DNA from: a virus
IMG/VR virus record: IMGVR_UViG_3300036945_000814
Coordinates: 32,001 to 96,000 of that record
Strand: one strand, 5' to 3'
DNA: 64,000 bases
Shown here piece by piece: positions 1-7,604 of the stretch. Position numbers and translations under genes: made by a program. The first letter of the stretch is position 1, and each line of letters opens with the position of its first letter. The notes below the pieces were generated by a model, which was not told where the DNA came from, made no database searches, and saw only the letters and a program-made list of their open reading frames with translations.

Positions 1-2
1 CA

Positions 3-650
3 TCGACAGCCATCAAGCACATGCGGGCGCATGGGTTCGAGCCTGTTGGTCGAAGTGGCGTCTCTTTTCTTTGGAAGCGCGCCGACGTCGATACCGTCGC
101 GGACGAGCGCCGCCGATGGCAGGAGCAGGATGGTGCGTCTCATCCGGCCGTGGCAGCTTGGATGGATCGCGACGAGCACGGCGCGGCCGAAGAGGCGCAG
201 GATCGCGACATCGTCGCGGAGCGGTGGGGGAAGCCGCTCGATGCCGCCAAGCTCGCCGAGCACCGCGCAGCGGCAGACAGGCGCAAGGTGGGCGCCGATG
301 CTGTCGTCACACGAGAAACCATCGTGGCGCTCACCAACGCGACCAACACCGGGCGACTTCGATCCAAGTCGATGAGGGACGCGGCGGAAGACGAACGGCG
401 CTACCGCGCGCAGCACCCCCGACCAGCCCGTGTGTTCCGTTTGCCGCAAGGCTCGCCGCAGACATGGCGCGCGTCCTTGTACGAGGTCGTTGTCACAGAC
501 GCCTTCGTCAAGGGAACCGACGCGCTGCGGGAGAAGCTGCTCATTGACGCGGGCTGCCGATTCCGCTTGTCGCCGCGTTTGACGTCGTGGGCGAAGAACG
601 AATACTACGCCCGCCTGCGCCGAGAAGTTTTTGCAGACGGTGAAGCATGA
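3..650 (+). CDS. Hypothetical protein, probably 5'-truncated, possible MerR/excisionase-like winged HTH at N-terminus
   Basis: Frame is open from base 3 (STAIKH then MRAHGFEPVGRSGVSFLWKRADVD), which resembles the wing of MerR-type HTHs. Stop overlaps next ATG. Confidence 0.55.
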   Translation, partial: STAIKHMRAHGFEPVGRSGVSFLWKRADVDTVADERRRWQEQDGASHPAVAAWMDRDEHGAAEEAQDRDIVAERWGKPLDAAKLAEHRAAADRRKVGADAVVTRETIVALTNATNTGRLRSKSMRDAAEDERRYRAQHPRPARVFRLPQGSPQTWRASLYEVVVTDAFVKGTDALREKLLIDAGCRFRLSPRLTSWAKNEYYARLRREVFADGEA

Positions 651-1018
651 GGCCGCCGCTCATCTACATTGCCGGCCCGTTCACTGGCCCGACCGCGTGG
701 GACATCGCTGAGAACGTGCGCGAGGCTGAACGCTACGGGCTCTTGGTGGCGAAGGCCGGCGGGATGCCCGTTATCCCGCACGCCAACACGCATCTTTTTC
801 ACGGGCAGCTCACCGCCGAGTTCTGGTACGCCGGGACGCTCGCTCTCATGCGCGCGTGCGACGGCGTGTTTCTCTGTCGACGTTGGCGCGACAGCGTGGG
901 GGCAAAGAAAGAGGCTGCGGAGGCAGGGCGGCTCGGGCTGCCGACCTTCGACTACCAAGGGCCGCACAACGATCCTGCGATCGCTGACTTCGTGGCGGAC
1001 TGCGTCGGTGGGCCGTGA
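647..1018 (+). CDS. DUF4406-like / nucleoside 2-deoxyribosyltransferase-fold protein
   Basis: [10 protein letters not shown]...NVREAE...G.PVIPH...[23 protein letters not shown] pattern; ATGA coupling. Confidence 0.75.
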   Translation: MRPPLIYIAGPFTGPTAWDIAENVREAERYGLLVAKAGGMPVIPHANTHLFHGQLTAEFWYAGTLALMRACDGVFLCRRWRDSVGAKKEAAEAGRLGLPTFDYQGPHNDPAIADFVADCVGGP

Positions 1019-1584
1019 AGGTTCTAGTGTGTGGCGGCCGCGCGTTCGACGACTACGCGATGGTGATCCGCGTCTTGGATCGCGTCCATGAGTCGACGCC
1101 CGCCGGGATCTCCCTCGTGATCCACGGCGACGCCAACGGCGCGGACCGGCTCGGCGGCGCGTGGGCCGTGCTCCGCCGCCTGCCCGTGCAGGCGTTCCCC
1201 GCACGCTGGCAAGCGGAGGGCAAGGCCGCCGGCCCGCTCCGCAATCAACGGATGCTCGACGAGGGCAAGCCCGACCTCGTCGTCGGCTTCCCCGGCGGCA
1301 CCGGCACGCGCGACATGCTCACCCGCGCCGAGAAGGCCGGTGTGCTGCGCTACGAGCTGCCCACGCGCTTCATCCTCGACCCCGGCCCCGTCACATCCCG
1401 TTTCGACGGCCAGCGCCATCACATTCCCGCGCAGCGACTCGCCTACCTGTACGGCGTGCCGCTCAATCGCACCGTGAGCGCCGCAGAGACGCGCGGTCGG
1501 GGCAACTGGCCCGCCAACTGGCCCGTGCTCGCCCCGAGCTTTGACGGCACCTACGGCCCCGCAAGGGCCATCGAGGATCCATGA
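1015..1584 (+). CDS. SLOG-family (DUF2493/YspA-like) protein with extra C-terminal domain
   Basis: KVLVCGGR...[10 protein letters not shown]...[13 protein letters not shown]...[10 protein letters not shown] signature; about 70 aa C-terminal extension ([27 protein letters not shown]). Confidence 0.85.
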   Translation: MKVLVCGGRAFDDYAMVIRVLDRVHESTPAGISLVIHGDANGADRLGGAWAVLRRLPVQAFPARWQAEGKAAGPLRNQRMLDEGKPDLVVGFPGGTGTRDMLTRAEKAGVLRYELPTRFILDPGPVTSRFDGQRHHIPAQRLAYLYGVPLNRTVSAAETRGRGNWPANWPVLAPSFDGTYGPARAIEDP

Positions 1585-1883
1585 ACGACCGCGAGCGTTT
1601 CTACAGTCTCATGCGCGAGCTGCACACGGTCACCGAGCACAGCCGGCGCTCGGTGATCGCGGCGATGGACGACATCATCCGCAGGAACCAGAACGGCCCC
1701 CCGCACGGTCACGCCGACGGGTCGTTCTCCCCGGCGCAATGGACGATCGCCCGCGACCTCATCTACGCGATCGAAAACTTCAACACCGCGTGGCGCAAGG
1801 CCCTCGCCCTCGCGGCCCCCGACCTCATGGCCGCCGCGCCCCCGGATCGCGACGGCTTCATCGACGACGATCTTCCCTTCTGA
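1581..1883 (+). CDS. Hypothetical protein ending in an SSB-like acidic tip (DDDLPF)
   Basis: GAGG RBS, ATGA overlap, C-terminus GFIDDDLPF. Confidence 0.75.
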   Translation: MNDRERFYSLMRELHTVTEHSRRSVIAAMDDIIRRNQNGPPHGHADGSFSPAQWTIARDLIYAIENFNTAWRKALALAAPDLMAAAPPDRDGFIDDDLPF

Positions 1884-1897
1884 CGACGAGGTGATTC

Positions 1898-2137
1898 ATG
1901 GCAAGAGGCATCAACGACGAGACGACGCGCCGCACCGGCGACGGCGACGACAAGCACGAGATCGAGGACTGCACGGCCGTCGGCAGCACTGAGAAGGCGC
2001 TGCGCGTGATCGTGCATGGCACGGCAATGTGGATCCCGCTGTCGCAGATCCATGACGACAGCGAGGTCTTCGAGAAGAACCACACCGGGACGCTCGCGGT
2101 CAAAGGTTGGTTCGCGCGCAAAAACGGCTGGGCGTAA
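1898..2137 (+). CDS. Small conserved-type phage hypothetical protein
   Basis: GAGGTG RBS; TEKAL...WIPLSQI pattern typical of small phage beta-barrel proteins. Confidence 0.75.
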   Translation: MARGINDETTRRTGDGDDKHEIEDCTAVGSTEKALRVIVHGTAMWIPLSQIHDDSEVFEKNHTGTLAVKGWFARKNGWA

Positions 2138-2142
2138 CCGCT

Positions 2143-2355
2143 GTGGACTGTGAGACGTGCGGCGACCTTGGCTATGCTTGGATCCCGTGCGTCCGCTACA
2201 GCAGCTCGCATGTGCATCGGAAGGGCGAGGCGGCCCGCGCCATCGTCGCCCACCGTGAGCGGTTCCGCGCCCCGTGCGACTGTGAGCGCGGCGCCGAATG
2301 GATCGAGGCCCGGAGGAGCGGCGAGGAGCTGACCGACGCCGCCGATGACGACTAG
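2143..2355 (+). CDS. Small zinc-finger protein (CxxC...CxC)
   Basis: GTG start 6 nt after the upstream stop; DCETCGDLGY...PCDCERG. Confidence 0.6.
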   Translation: MDCETCGDLGYAWIPCVRYSSSHVHRKGEAARAIVAHRERFRAPCDCERGAEWIEARRSGEELTDAADDD

Positions 2356-2393
2356 GCCGCCCACCAGCGATAGATTCACTCGGAGGTTCTACA

Positions 2394-2864
2394 ATGACCG
2401 CACACGCAGCCCTGCCCCCTCTCCCTCACAACGTGGTCGCCATGAAGCCCACCAAAGCCACCGTCACGATCACCGGCCCCGACGGCAAGACGTCAGGCGC
2501 CATCGACCTCAAGAAGCTCGAAAAGGCCGCCGACATGCTCGCCGAGGCCACCGGGCGCAAGCCCGGCAAGCGCCCCGTCGTCGACGTCGACCCCGAAGAG
2601 GTCGCCAAGCTGGAGAAGCTGCTCGGCGAAGAAGCCGTGGCCGCCCTCCGCGACTGCGACCACGCCGAGCTGCGCGAGCGCATCGTCACCCTGTCCGAGC
2701 ATGAGGTCGAGACGGAACAGGCGATGAAAAAAGACGACGGCATGGCCGCCTTGAAGGAACAGCTCAAGAACGCCGCGGCCACCTACAAAGAGACGATCAA
2801 GTTTCTCAAGGCCCGCCGCCGCTTCGCCGTCCTGCTCATGGCCGAGCGCGGGCGCCCGGTGTGA
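2394..2864 (+). CDS. Hypothetical coiled-coil protein
   Basis: GGAGG RBS; good GC3 codon bias; helical C-terminal half. Confidence 0.75.
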   Translation: MTAHAALPPLPHNVVAMKPTKATVTITGPDGKTSGAIDLKKLEKAADMLAEATGRKPGKRPVVDVDPEEVAKLEKLLGEEAVAALRDCDHAELRERIVTLSEHEVETEQAMKKDDGMAALKEQLKNAAATYKETIKFLKARRRFAVLLMAERGRPV

Positions 2865-3091
2865 GCGACCCCAACCCCTTCGACGATGAGGCCGACACCG
2901 ACCCGCAGGGCGCACCCGTCCTGCACGTCGAGGGGAATGTCGTGCGCTACCGCGGCGAAGCGTTCGACCTCACCGGCATCGTCTTCGCCGACGACGTCGC
3001 GAGGATCAAGCGCCTCGCCGCGTGGCTCGACGAAGTCAACGAGCGCCAGCGGCTTGCACAGCACGCCCGCACCCACCCCGGAAAGTTCTGA
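2861..3091 (+). CDS. Hypothetical protein
   Basis: GTGA overlap; 76 aa with coding-like bias. Confidence 0.65.
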   Translation: MSDPNPFDDEADTDPQGAPVLHVEGNVVRYRGEAFDLTGIVFADDVARIKRLAAWLDEVNERQRLAQHARTHPGKF

Positions 3092-3309
3092 TGCCCGACG
3101 AAACCAAGACCATCACCGAGAACCTTGCCGCCCTCGCCGACACGCTCGGGACGTGGGCGGCTTTCGCCTCTCGATGCGCCGCCGCCGTCCACAAGGACAT
3201 CCCCGGCGGCCGCACGCTGCACATGAGCCTCGGTGTCCTCGCCGGTTCGCTCAACTATGCCCGCAACGAGGCCCGCCGGGCCTCCGACTGGAAACCCGAT
3301 GAGCGATGA
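3091..3309 (+). CDS. Hypothetical protein
   Basis: TGATG coupling; start MPDETK inside track ORF 3022-3309. Confidence 0.6.
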   Translation: MPDETKTITENLAALADTLGTWAAFASRCAAAVHKDIPGGRTLHMSLGVLAGSLNYARNEARRASDWKPDER

Positions 3310-3541
3310 AGCCCACGACGAGATCCAAGCACTCCGCACGGCGCTCAAACAGGCCACGGCCGAGCGCGACGCCGCGCGCGTGCTCGTGATCGAGGCCGAG
3401 CGGTTCCTGCGGGACGCGGGCGCCCTCGACCTCCCCACGGGATGCACCGACCACGTCAACGTCGTGGCGCTCGCCTTCCGCGCTTCCTGCACCCTCGAAC
3501 GTATGCGGCGCGAGCTGGCCGCCGCCAAAGGAGCCCCGTGA
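3299..3541 (+). CDS. Hypothetical protein
   Basis: Start MSDEAH inside track ORF 3233-3541; coiled-coil-like. Confidence 0.6.
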   Translation: MSDEAHDEIQALRTALKQATAERDAARVLVIEAERFLRDAGALDLPTGCTDHVNVVALAFRASCTLERMRRELAAAKGAP

Positions 3542-3822
3542 CCACGATCCGAATCATCGCGCAGATCCAGTACACCGGCGTCGAGCCCCGCATGGTCAGC
3601 AAGTCTTTCGACATTGCCCGCGACCTCGTCGCCGACCCCATCGAGGTCAACGACGTGCTCGTCCTCGGGACCGACTTCCTTTCGACCCGCGTGCTCATTT
3701 CCGCGGCGCAGGGCGGCGACCCGCCGACCTTCCGTCGCGAGATCCTTGCCGTCGGCACCGCGGTTGACGTCGACGTGGCCGTCAACCTCGCCGAAGTCGC
3801 AGGGTGGACGGTCGACCGATGA
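3538..3822 (+). CDS. Hypothetical protein
   Basis: AGGAG RBS and GTGA coupling (start VTTIRII). Confidence 0.65.
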   Translation: MTTIRIIAQIQYTGVEPRMVSKSFDIARDLVADPIEVNDVLVLGTDFLSTRVLISAAQGGDPPTFRREILAVGTAVDVDVAVNLAEVAGWTVDR

Positions 3823-4139
3823 TCGGCACACCGCAACTGCACCAACGAGCGAGCGGCACCTATCGCGTCGACGGAATGAACCTCGCCGACACCCGCGTGC
3901 GCCTCACGTTCCCCGCGTCGTTCGACGTCGAGGCCATGCGCGGCGTCACTGTCGACGCCACCGTGTTCGCCGAGCGGCCCGACAGCACGCACCCGCTGTG
4001 GTGCGACTTCAAGCACCCCGGCGACGGCCACTGGCGCTCCGTGTTCGCGCAACGTGCTTGGATCGAAGCCTCGACCGAGCCCGCCACCCCTGCCGAGCCC
4101 GCCATCAAGCGCGGGCCATTCAAGAGGCCCCCACGATGA
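3819..4139 (+). CDS. Hypothetical protein
   Basis: ATGA coupling (start MIGTPQ). Confidence 0.6.
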   Translation: MIGTPQLHQRASGTYRVDGMNLADTRVRLTFPASFDVEAMRGVTVDATVFAERPDSTHPLWCDFKHPGDGHWRSVFAQRAWIEASTEPATPAEPAIKRGPFKRPPR

Positions 4140-4294
4140 CGCCGCTCTTCGCCGCCCTCATCACCCCCGTGCTCATGGCCTCCGGCGACGGCGTCGCCCA
4201 CGGATGGCCGGGACCGCCGAAGCGCAAACGCGCCCCGAAAGCCAAGCGCAAGAAGCGCAAGGCCGTGAAGGCCGCACGAAAGGAGCAACGATGA
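4136..4294 (+). CDS. Small protein, hydrophobic N-terminus and very basic C-terminus
   Basis: GAGG RBS, ATGA coupling at both ends; MTPLFAALITPVLM...KRKRAPKAKRKKRK. Confidence 0.55.
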   Translation: MTPLFAALITPVLMASGDGVAHGWPGPPKRKRAPKAKRKKRKAVKAARKEQR

Positions 4295-4545
4295 TCCAAA
4301 CCCTGCACTACCGCCCCGACGACGACTGCCTCGTCGTCGTCAACGAAGACGGCACCATCGCCGCCGCAACCAACGCCAGCGACTTGCTCGCCCGCAAGAC
4401 GCAAGACCCCGAGGCCGCCAAGGTCGGGCTCCTGCGGTTCCTCGACTTCAAGGACTGGCAGGCCAAGGTCGCTGGCCGCGTCCTGTGGACGGGCTCCGTC
4501 GAAAGCGCGATGGCGACGGCACCGCGCCTGCGGCCGCGCCTGTGA
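4291..4545 (+). CDS. Hypothetical protein
   Basis: AAGGAG RBS, ATGA coupling (start MIQTLHY). Confidence 0.7.
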   Translation: MIQTLHYRPDDDCLVVVNEDGTIAAATNASDLLARKTQDPEAAKVGLLRFLDFKDWQAKVAGRVLWTGSVESAMATAPRLRPRL

Positions 4546-4781
4546 GCTTCGCGGCGTTCTCTCGGCGCTCGTGGTGGCACGAGCGGCTTCCCGCCGCTCC
4601 GCCTCCGCCTGTGCTTCCGCTCGTCGCTGGCACGCCCTACGACGATCTTTTGATCGCCACGGATCAGGCGCTACGGGTCGCCAACGAAGCACACCGGCGC
4701 GTGCTTCGGGCCATAGGGCCGCGCCACATCGACCCGCTCACCCTCGCGAACGAGAACCCCGAGCACATCCCGCGGCTGTGA
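4542..4781 (+). CDS. Hypothetical protein
   Basis: GTGA coupling (start VSFAAF). Confidence 0.5.
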   Translation: MSFAAFSRRSWWHERLPAAPPPPVLPLVAGTPYDDLLIATDQALRVANEAHRRVLRAIGPRHIDPLTLANENPEHIPRL

Positions 4782-4805
4782 GACTGTGAACGTCCGGGCT
4801 ATGCT
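4778..4805 (+). promoter_or_regulatory. Possible sigma70-type promoter giving a leaderless endolysin mRNA
   Basis: GTGAGA-N16-TATGCT, then 6 nt to ATG 4812; no Shine-Dalgarno upstream. Confidence 0.35.
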
Positions 4806-4811
4806 GCCCGG

Positions 4812-5912
4812 ATGACGCTCCCCTCCAAAGCCGAAGCCGAAGACTTTTTCTCGCAGCTCCGTCGCTTTTCCAAGCGGCTCGTGAACAAGGCGCTCCCCGG
4901 CACCGCCGACAGCAGCCCGAACATGAAGCCGTACAGCAAGGGCAAGCCCAAGGGCGCGATCCTGCACTACACGGCGTCGGGCAACTGGCAGAGCCCGGTC
5001 AAGTGGTTCAACGACTTCAAGGTGTGCAGCGCCCACGTCGTCGTCGCCCACAACCTCGACCCCATCGCCGCCGGCCTCGCCGATGACCTTCCGCTCGTGA
5101 AGGCGCTCCCCGTCACCGTGATCCAATGCATCGACCCGCGGCAGGCCGCATGGCACGCGACGTGGGCCAACGGCCTCTGCTACGGCATCGAGAACCGAAA
5201 CGCCGGGCTCGTGAAGCGCGACAACCCGAGCGCCCCATGGCGACACTGGCCGCCAGCGAAGGGCAACCCCGACGAATGGACCTCGCTTGCCCCCAAGACC
5301 GGCCAAGGCTACGTCGCGACCTCCGACACCCTCGGCTACGAGCCCTACAGCAAGGCGCAGCTCGCCGCGAACGTCATCCTGCTCCGCTACGTCGGCGCCC
5401 TCGGCGGCGCCGCCCTTGAGCCCCATTGGGTGCTTCCTCACAGCGCCGTGCAGGGCAACAAGTACGACACCGGCCCGCTCTTTCCGATCCATGAGATCCG
5501 CCGTCTCGCGTGCATCGACACGGCCGCCGATCCCATGACCGCCCTCGAAACCATCGAGCCCGACGAGGCCACGTCCGGCGACGACCTCGACATCCCGCCG
5601 ACGGGTGAGCACCTTGAGCAAGCACCCTTGCAGGAGCGCGAGGCCATCGAAGCCGCCATCGCAGGGCTCGCCGTCGTCGAGGCCCACATCCCGAACAAGC
5701 CGCACGCCTTCGCCCACCTCGTGCGGCCGAGCCTCGACAAGCTCGGGTTCTTCGTCCCCTCACCGCCCGATCCCCGCGTCGTCGACGTGTGGCTGCGTCG
5801 CGCGCTTTGGATCTTTCAGACCGGCATCAAGATCGAAGCGACGTGCGTGCCCGATGACGTCACACGCGCCAAGCTCGCCGAGCGGCTGGCGACGCTTGGC
5901 CTCCCCGCGTGA
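4812..5912 (+). CDS. Endolysin, N-acetylmuramoyl-L-alanine amidase (Amidase_2) with C-terminal peptidoglycan-binding-like domain
   Basis: ILHYTA, SAHVVV, AWHA, YGIEN, PHS...KYDTG zinc-amidase motifs; C-terminal LDKLGF...ALWIFQ...DDVTRAKL. Confidence 0.85.
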   Translation: MTLPSKAEAEDFFSQLRRFSKRLVNKALPGTADSSPNMKPYSKGKPKGAILHYTASGNWQSPVKWFNDFKVCSAHVVVAHNLDPIAAGLADDLPLVKALPVTVIQCIDPRQAAWHATWANGLCYGIENRNAGLVKRDNPSAPWRHWPPAKGNPDEWTSLAPKTGQGYVATSDTLGYEPYSKAQLAANVILLRYVGALGGAALEPHWVLPHSAVQGNKYDTGPLFPIHEIRRLACIDTAADPMTALETIEPDEATSGDDLDIPPTGEHLEQAPLQEREAIEAAIAGLAVVEAHIPNKPHAFAHLVRPSLDKLGFFVPSPPDPRVVDVWLRRALWIFQTGIKIEATCVPDDVTRAKLAERLATLGLPA

Positions 5913-7600
5913 GCGCCCCCGTCGACCTCGAAGCGATGTCACCGGCCGACGCCAACGCCGTCGAGCTGGCGATGCAGCGCGCGAGCGTTGCCTACTTCGC
6001 TTCCCGCAACCTCTCGGGTCCGCCGGAGGCGCCCTACAACGGGCGTTTCATCGTCGGCGACCACCACCTTGAATGGGATGAGCTTGCGACTTCGGATCGC
6101 GTCTGCGTGCTTGCCCCGCGCGATCACGGCAAGTCGTTTTTCTGGAACAAGGCTTTCCCGATCTGGAAAGCAGCCTTCGGACTGCCGGGGCAGATCGGCT
6201 ACATTTTCTCGGTCAATCAGGACAAAGCCAACGAAATGCTCCAGATTCTCGTCGAGGAGCTGACAGGCAATCCGCGGCTCGCGTGGCTCACCCCCGTCGA
6301 TTGGGAACGACGGTGGAGCAAGCGCCGCATCCGCCTCACCACCGGCGTCGAGATCCGTGCAAGAGGCTTCGGCGTCAAGGTCCGCGGCGGCCATCCACAT
6401 TGGATCGTCAACGACGACATCCTGAGCGACGAGAACATTTACAGCGAGACGATCCGCAACAAGGCGATCGACTACTACCTGTCCGCCATCACGAACATGG
6501 TCGTGCCCGGCGGCCAGATCGCGACCATCGGCACGCCGATGCACCAAGCCGACCTCTACGCGCACCTCCGCGACAGCGGCCGATACAAAATGTGGGAGAA
6601 GCCCGCGCTCGATCGCGTGACGGGCAAGGCGCTGTGGCCCGCCCGCTACAACGAGGCCCTGCTCGCCGACCGCAAGCAGGAGATCGGCTCCGTCCGGTTC
6701 ACGCGCGAGTTCCTTGTGCGGCCCATGTCCGACGACATGAGCTTGTTCCCGTCGTACCTCTTCGACGGCGAGCCCTTCCGCCAGCGCAACGTGAAGATGG
6801 GGATGCCCCTCGGGTTCTGGCAGGCCCTTGGGATCCGCTGCTACATCGGCGTCGACATCGCACTGAGCGCCGAGACGGGCGCCGACTATCTCGTGATCTT
6901 CGTCCTCGGGATCGACGGCGACGGCAACCGCTGGGTCGTGGACATCCACCGCGACAAGGGCGTGCCCTACGCCCGGCAGCTCGACCTCATCGTCGAATAC
7001 AGCCGCCGCTACGACGCCGCCCTCGTGTTCGTCGAGGCCAACCAAGCGCAGCGCGTGTGGGGCGACGAGCTGATCCGCACGACCGACATCCCGATCAAGA
7101 AGTTCACCACGATCGGCAAGGGCGTCGGCGCCGGCAAAACGATGTCGCAGACCGCGAACAAGAACGACCTCGCCAAAGGCGTGCCGTCGTTGCGTCCGCT
7201 GCTCGAAAACAAGAAGTGGCGATGCCCGCAAGGCGACACGCAGTCCGTCGAGAAGGCGCGTATCTGGATCGGCGAAATGAACGCCTTTTCTTGGATCAAC
7301 GGCAAGGTGCAGGGCGTCGGCTCCCACGACGACACCGTCATGGCAGCATGGATCGCAGAGCAGGCCGTGCGCCGCGGCGGGTTCTCGGCGAGCTTCGGAG
7401 ACGGTGAGGGGGAGATCGATCCCCGTGCGCTGGCGAAGCACGCCGAGCGCATCGCCGCTCTTGCCGAGGGCCGCGGGCCAGCGGACAATGGGGCCGCGGC
7501 TTCCGTCAATCCAAGCGGGAGCAGCGGCAACCTCGGCGCGTCTGATATGACTTCGGATCAACAGCTTTGGGCCGCGGTCCCGTTCTACCAGCAAGGGTGA
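5909..7600 (+). CDS. terL: Terminase large subunit
   Basis: Walker A APRDHGKS, Walker B IVNDD, coupling motif IGTP, RNase H-like GVDIA / VEANQAQ / HDDTVMA. Confidence 0.95.
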   Translation: MSAPVDLEAMSPADANAVELAMQRASVAYFASRNLSGPPEAPYNGRFIVGDHHLEWDELATSDRVCVLAPRDHGKSFFWNKAFPIWKAAFGLPGQIGYIFSVNQDKANEMLQILVEELTGNPRLAWLTPVDWERRWSKRRIRLTTGVEIRARGFGVKVRGGHPHWIVNDDILSDENIYSETIRNKAIDYYLSAITNMVVPGGQIATIGTPMHQADLYAHLRDSGRYKMWEKPALDRVTGKALWPARYNEALLADRKQEIGSVRFTREFLVRPMSDDMSLFPSYLFDGEPFRQRNVKMGMPLGFWQALGIRCYIGVDIALSAETGADYLVIFVLGIDGDGNRWVVDIHRDKGVPYARQLDLIVEYSRRYDAALVFVEANQAQRVWGDELIRTTDIPIKKFTTIGKGVGAGKTMSQTANKNDLAKGVPSLRPLLENKKWRCPQGDTQSVEKARIWIGEMNAFSWINGKVQGVGSHDDTVMAAWIAEQAVRRGGFSASFGDGEGEIDPRALAKHAERIAALAEGRGPADNGAAASVNPSGSSGNLGASDMTSDQQLWAAVPFYQQG

Positions 7601-7604
7601 CTCC

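Noticed and set aside
5909-7600. Intein or intron in terL (common in herellevirus-like phages)
   Set aside because: The ORF is continuous, of normal length, with no splicing or homing-endonuclease motifs.
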